From NCBI RefSeq assembly GCF_009914755.1, contig NC_060926.1: a DNA stretch of 64,000 bases. One strand, written 5' to 3'. The notes under the pieces were generated by a model that was given only the letters and a program-made list of their open reading frames with translations, did not search any database and was not told where the DNA came from. Below are positions 62,347-64,000 of this stretch, piece after piece (the stretch's first letter is position 1; every line of letters starts with the position of its first letter). The DNA is from the human T2T-CHM13v2.0 reference genome, Homo sapiens. The translations under genes and the position numbers were made by a program.

Positions 62347-63272
62347 TTATTCTACTTAGAAAAGGCCGTAAAGAGTCTCTCTGTGACCACCTGTCCTGAG
62401 TCGTCAACCCAAACAGCCAAGTGAATCCTTGAGGAAGAAGAGATATTGAGCCAGATTGGTCTTGATGCAGCTAACAAAGTACCTTGCTCAAAGTCGGGGT
62501 AAGGGGAGCACTGAGATACAGGGGCCTGAATGTCTCATTTCCCAAACTTCCATCTGCTTTCCCAGAAGAGACTTGTCAACAGACACCTCACACCACTACT
62601 ATTTTGGAAAAGTACTCAATTTCAGATTCTAACACATGTCCTCATATTCTGGAAGAATTACATCTATAGAAACATGGTTTTTCCATAATCTTAGCCTCAG
62701 TCACCTTGGAAGAGGAGGAGAATTTGAACTTGGATTTTAAAAGCAGGCAAGATTCATGTCTTGGTTGTTCACAGGTGACTTCCACGCCACTGACACATCG
62801 TGCACATTGCTTTTCTCACTGAAAACACACACACACACAGAGCAAGCACTTTCTTGGCTGAAAATGCCAAGGAACAAATTTTGGTGGGTGCTAACACCCA
62901 TGTAGCAACAAACACAAAAGCAAATAGAGACACAGCAATTTGCTTGTTCTGTCGCCCTAAGAAAGCTATGGAAAGAGGATTTTTATTAACTCTTCCATGT
63001 AAGCCTGGAGCAATCTTCCTGTCCAAATACTAAAGTCCTTTCAGAGATTTCCCCCTCTAGTGGTTTGTGTTTAAGAATCTAAGGGGAGAGTAGCAAATGG
63101 GAATTACTGATCAAAGGGCATAAAGTTTCAATTATACGAGACGAATAAGTTCTGGAGACCTGCCTATAGTTAACAATACAGTATTGTACACTTAATTTAA
63201 AAGGTAGATTTCATGTTAATGTATATTACTTTTATATGTATAAATATTTTATACATTTACTTATTTGTATGG

Positions 63273-63614
<342 letters not shown>

Positions 63615-64000
63615 TAGACGGAGGGCGCACGCGTATATACGTGCACTTTTCAAGTCTCACAGCAATGTCTTTTAATCCTTTTCTTAAGGCAGGTAAGATA
63701 AGAAGTTTCAACCTTAACCTAACAGATAAGGAAATGGAAGCAAAGGGTACTACATTATGTATAGCAAAAACAAACCTAAAACACCATTTTTTTGCCTCTC
63801 AGATTGGGAAAACAACTTCCTTCTGGGCTGCAGGGAAAACGAAAGGAGACTCTGCCCAAAAACCCCTTCTGGGCTCCCCGTCCAGCTTGCTGGAAATCTG
63901 TGAGACACCCCGGTGGCAGTGACTGAGGTTGGGGCTGTTTACAGCTGTTCTCTTCCTCCTTTTTCCTCCTGAGTACATAGCACGCGAAGACTCCCTGGGG

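Overview
Repeat-rich human or great-ape genomic DNA, almost entirely intronic, inside TMEM163 (zinc-transporter-like membrane protein; minus strand). Only one real coding exon is present: 30435-30531, 97 nt, encoding (I)ACVILGVIFLLSSICIVVKAIHDLSTRLLPEV. The rest is flanking intron filled with Alus, old L1s, MaLR/ERVL/ERV1 LTRs, hAT/Tigger MITEs, L2/MIR and CR1. Nearly all ORF-track entries are spurious. I found no new multi-gene system. The notable signals are: (1) a ~300-bp duplicate of the exon's 3' splice site 1450 nt upstream, with a near-identical core, which could act as a poison or alternative terminal exon; (2) an old in-frame ND6 NUMT bracketed by a perfect 21-bp direct repeat; (3) two back-to-back 42- and 53-bp hairpins at an L1 truncation point; (4) an L1PA 3' transduction; (5) several small templated-insertion or template-switch scars. 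Repeat subfamily names come from recalled consensus sequences, and many boundaries are approximate.
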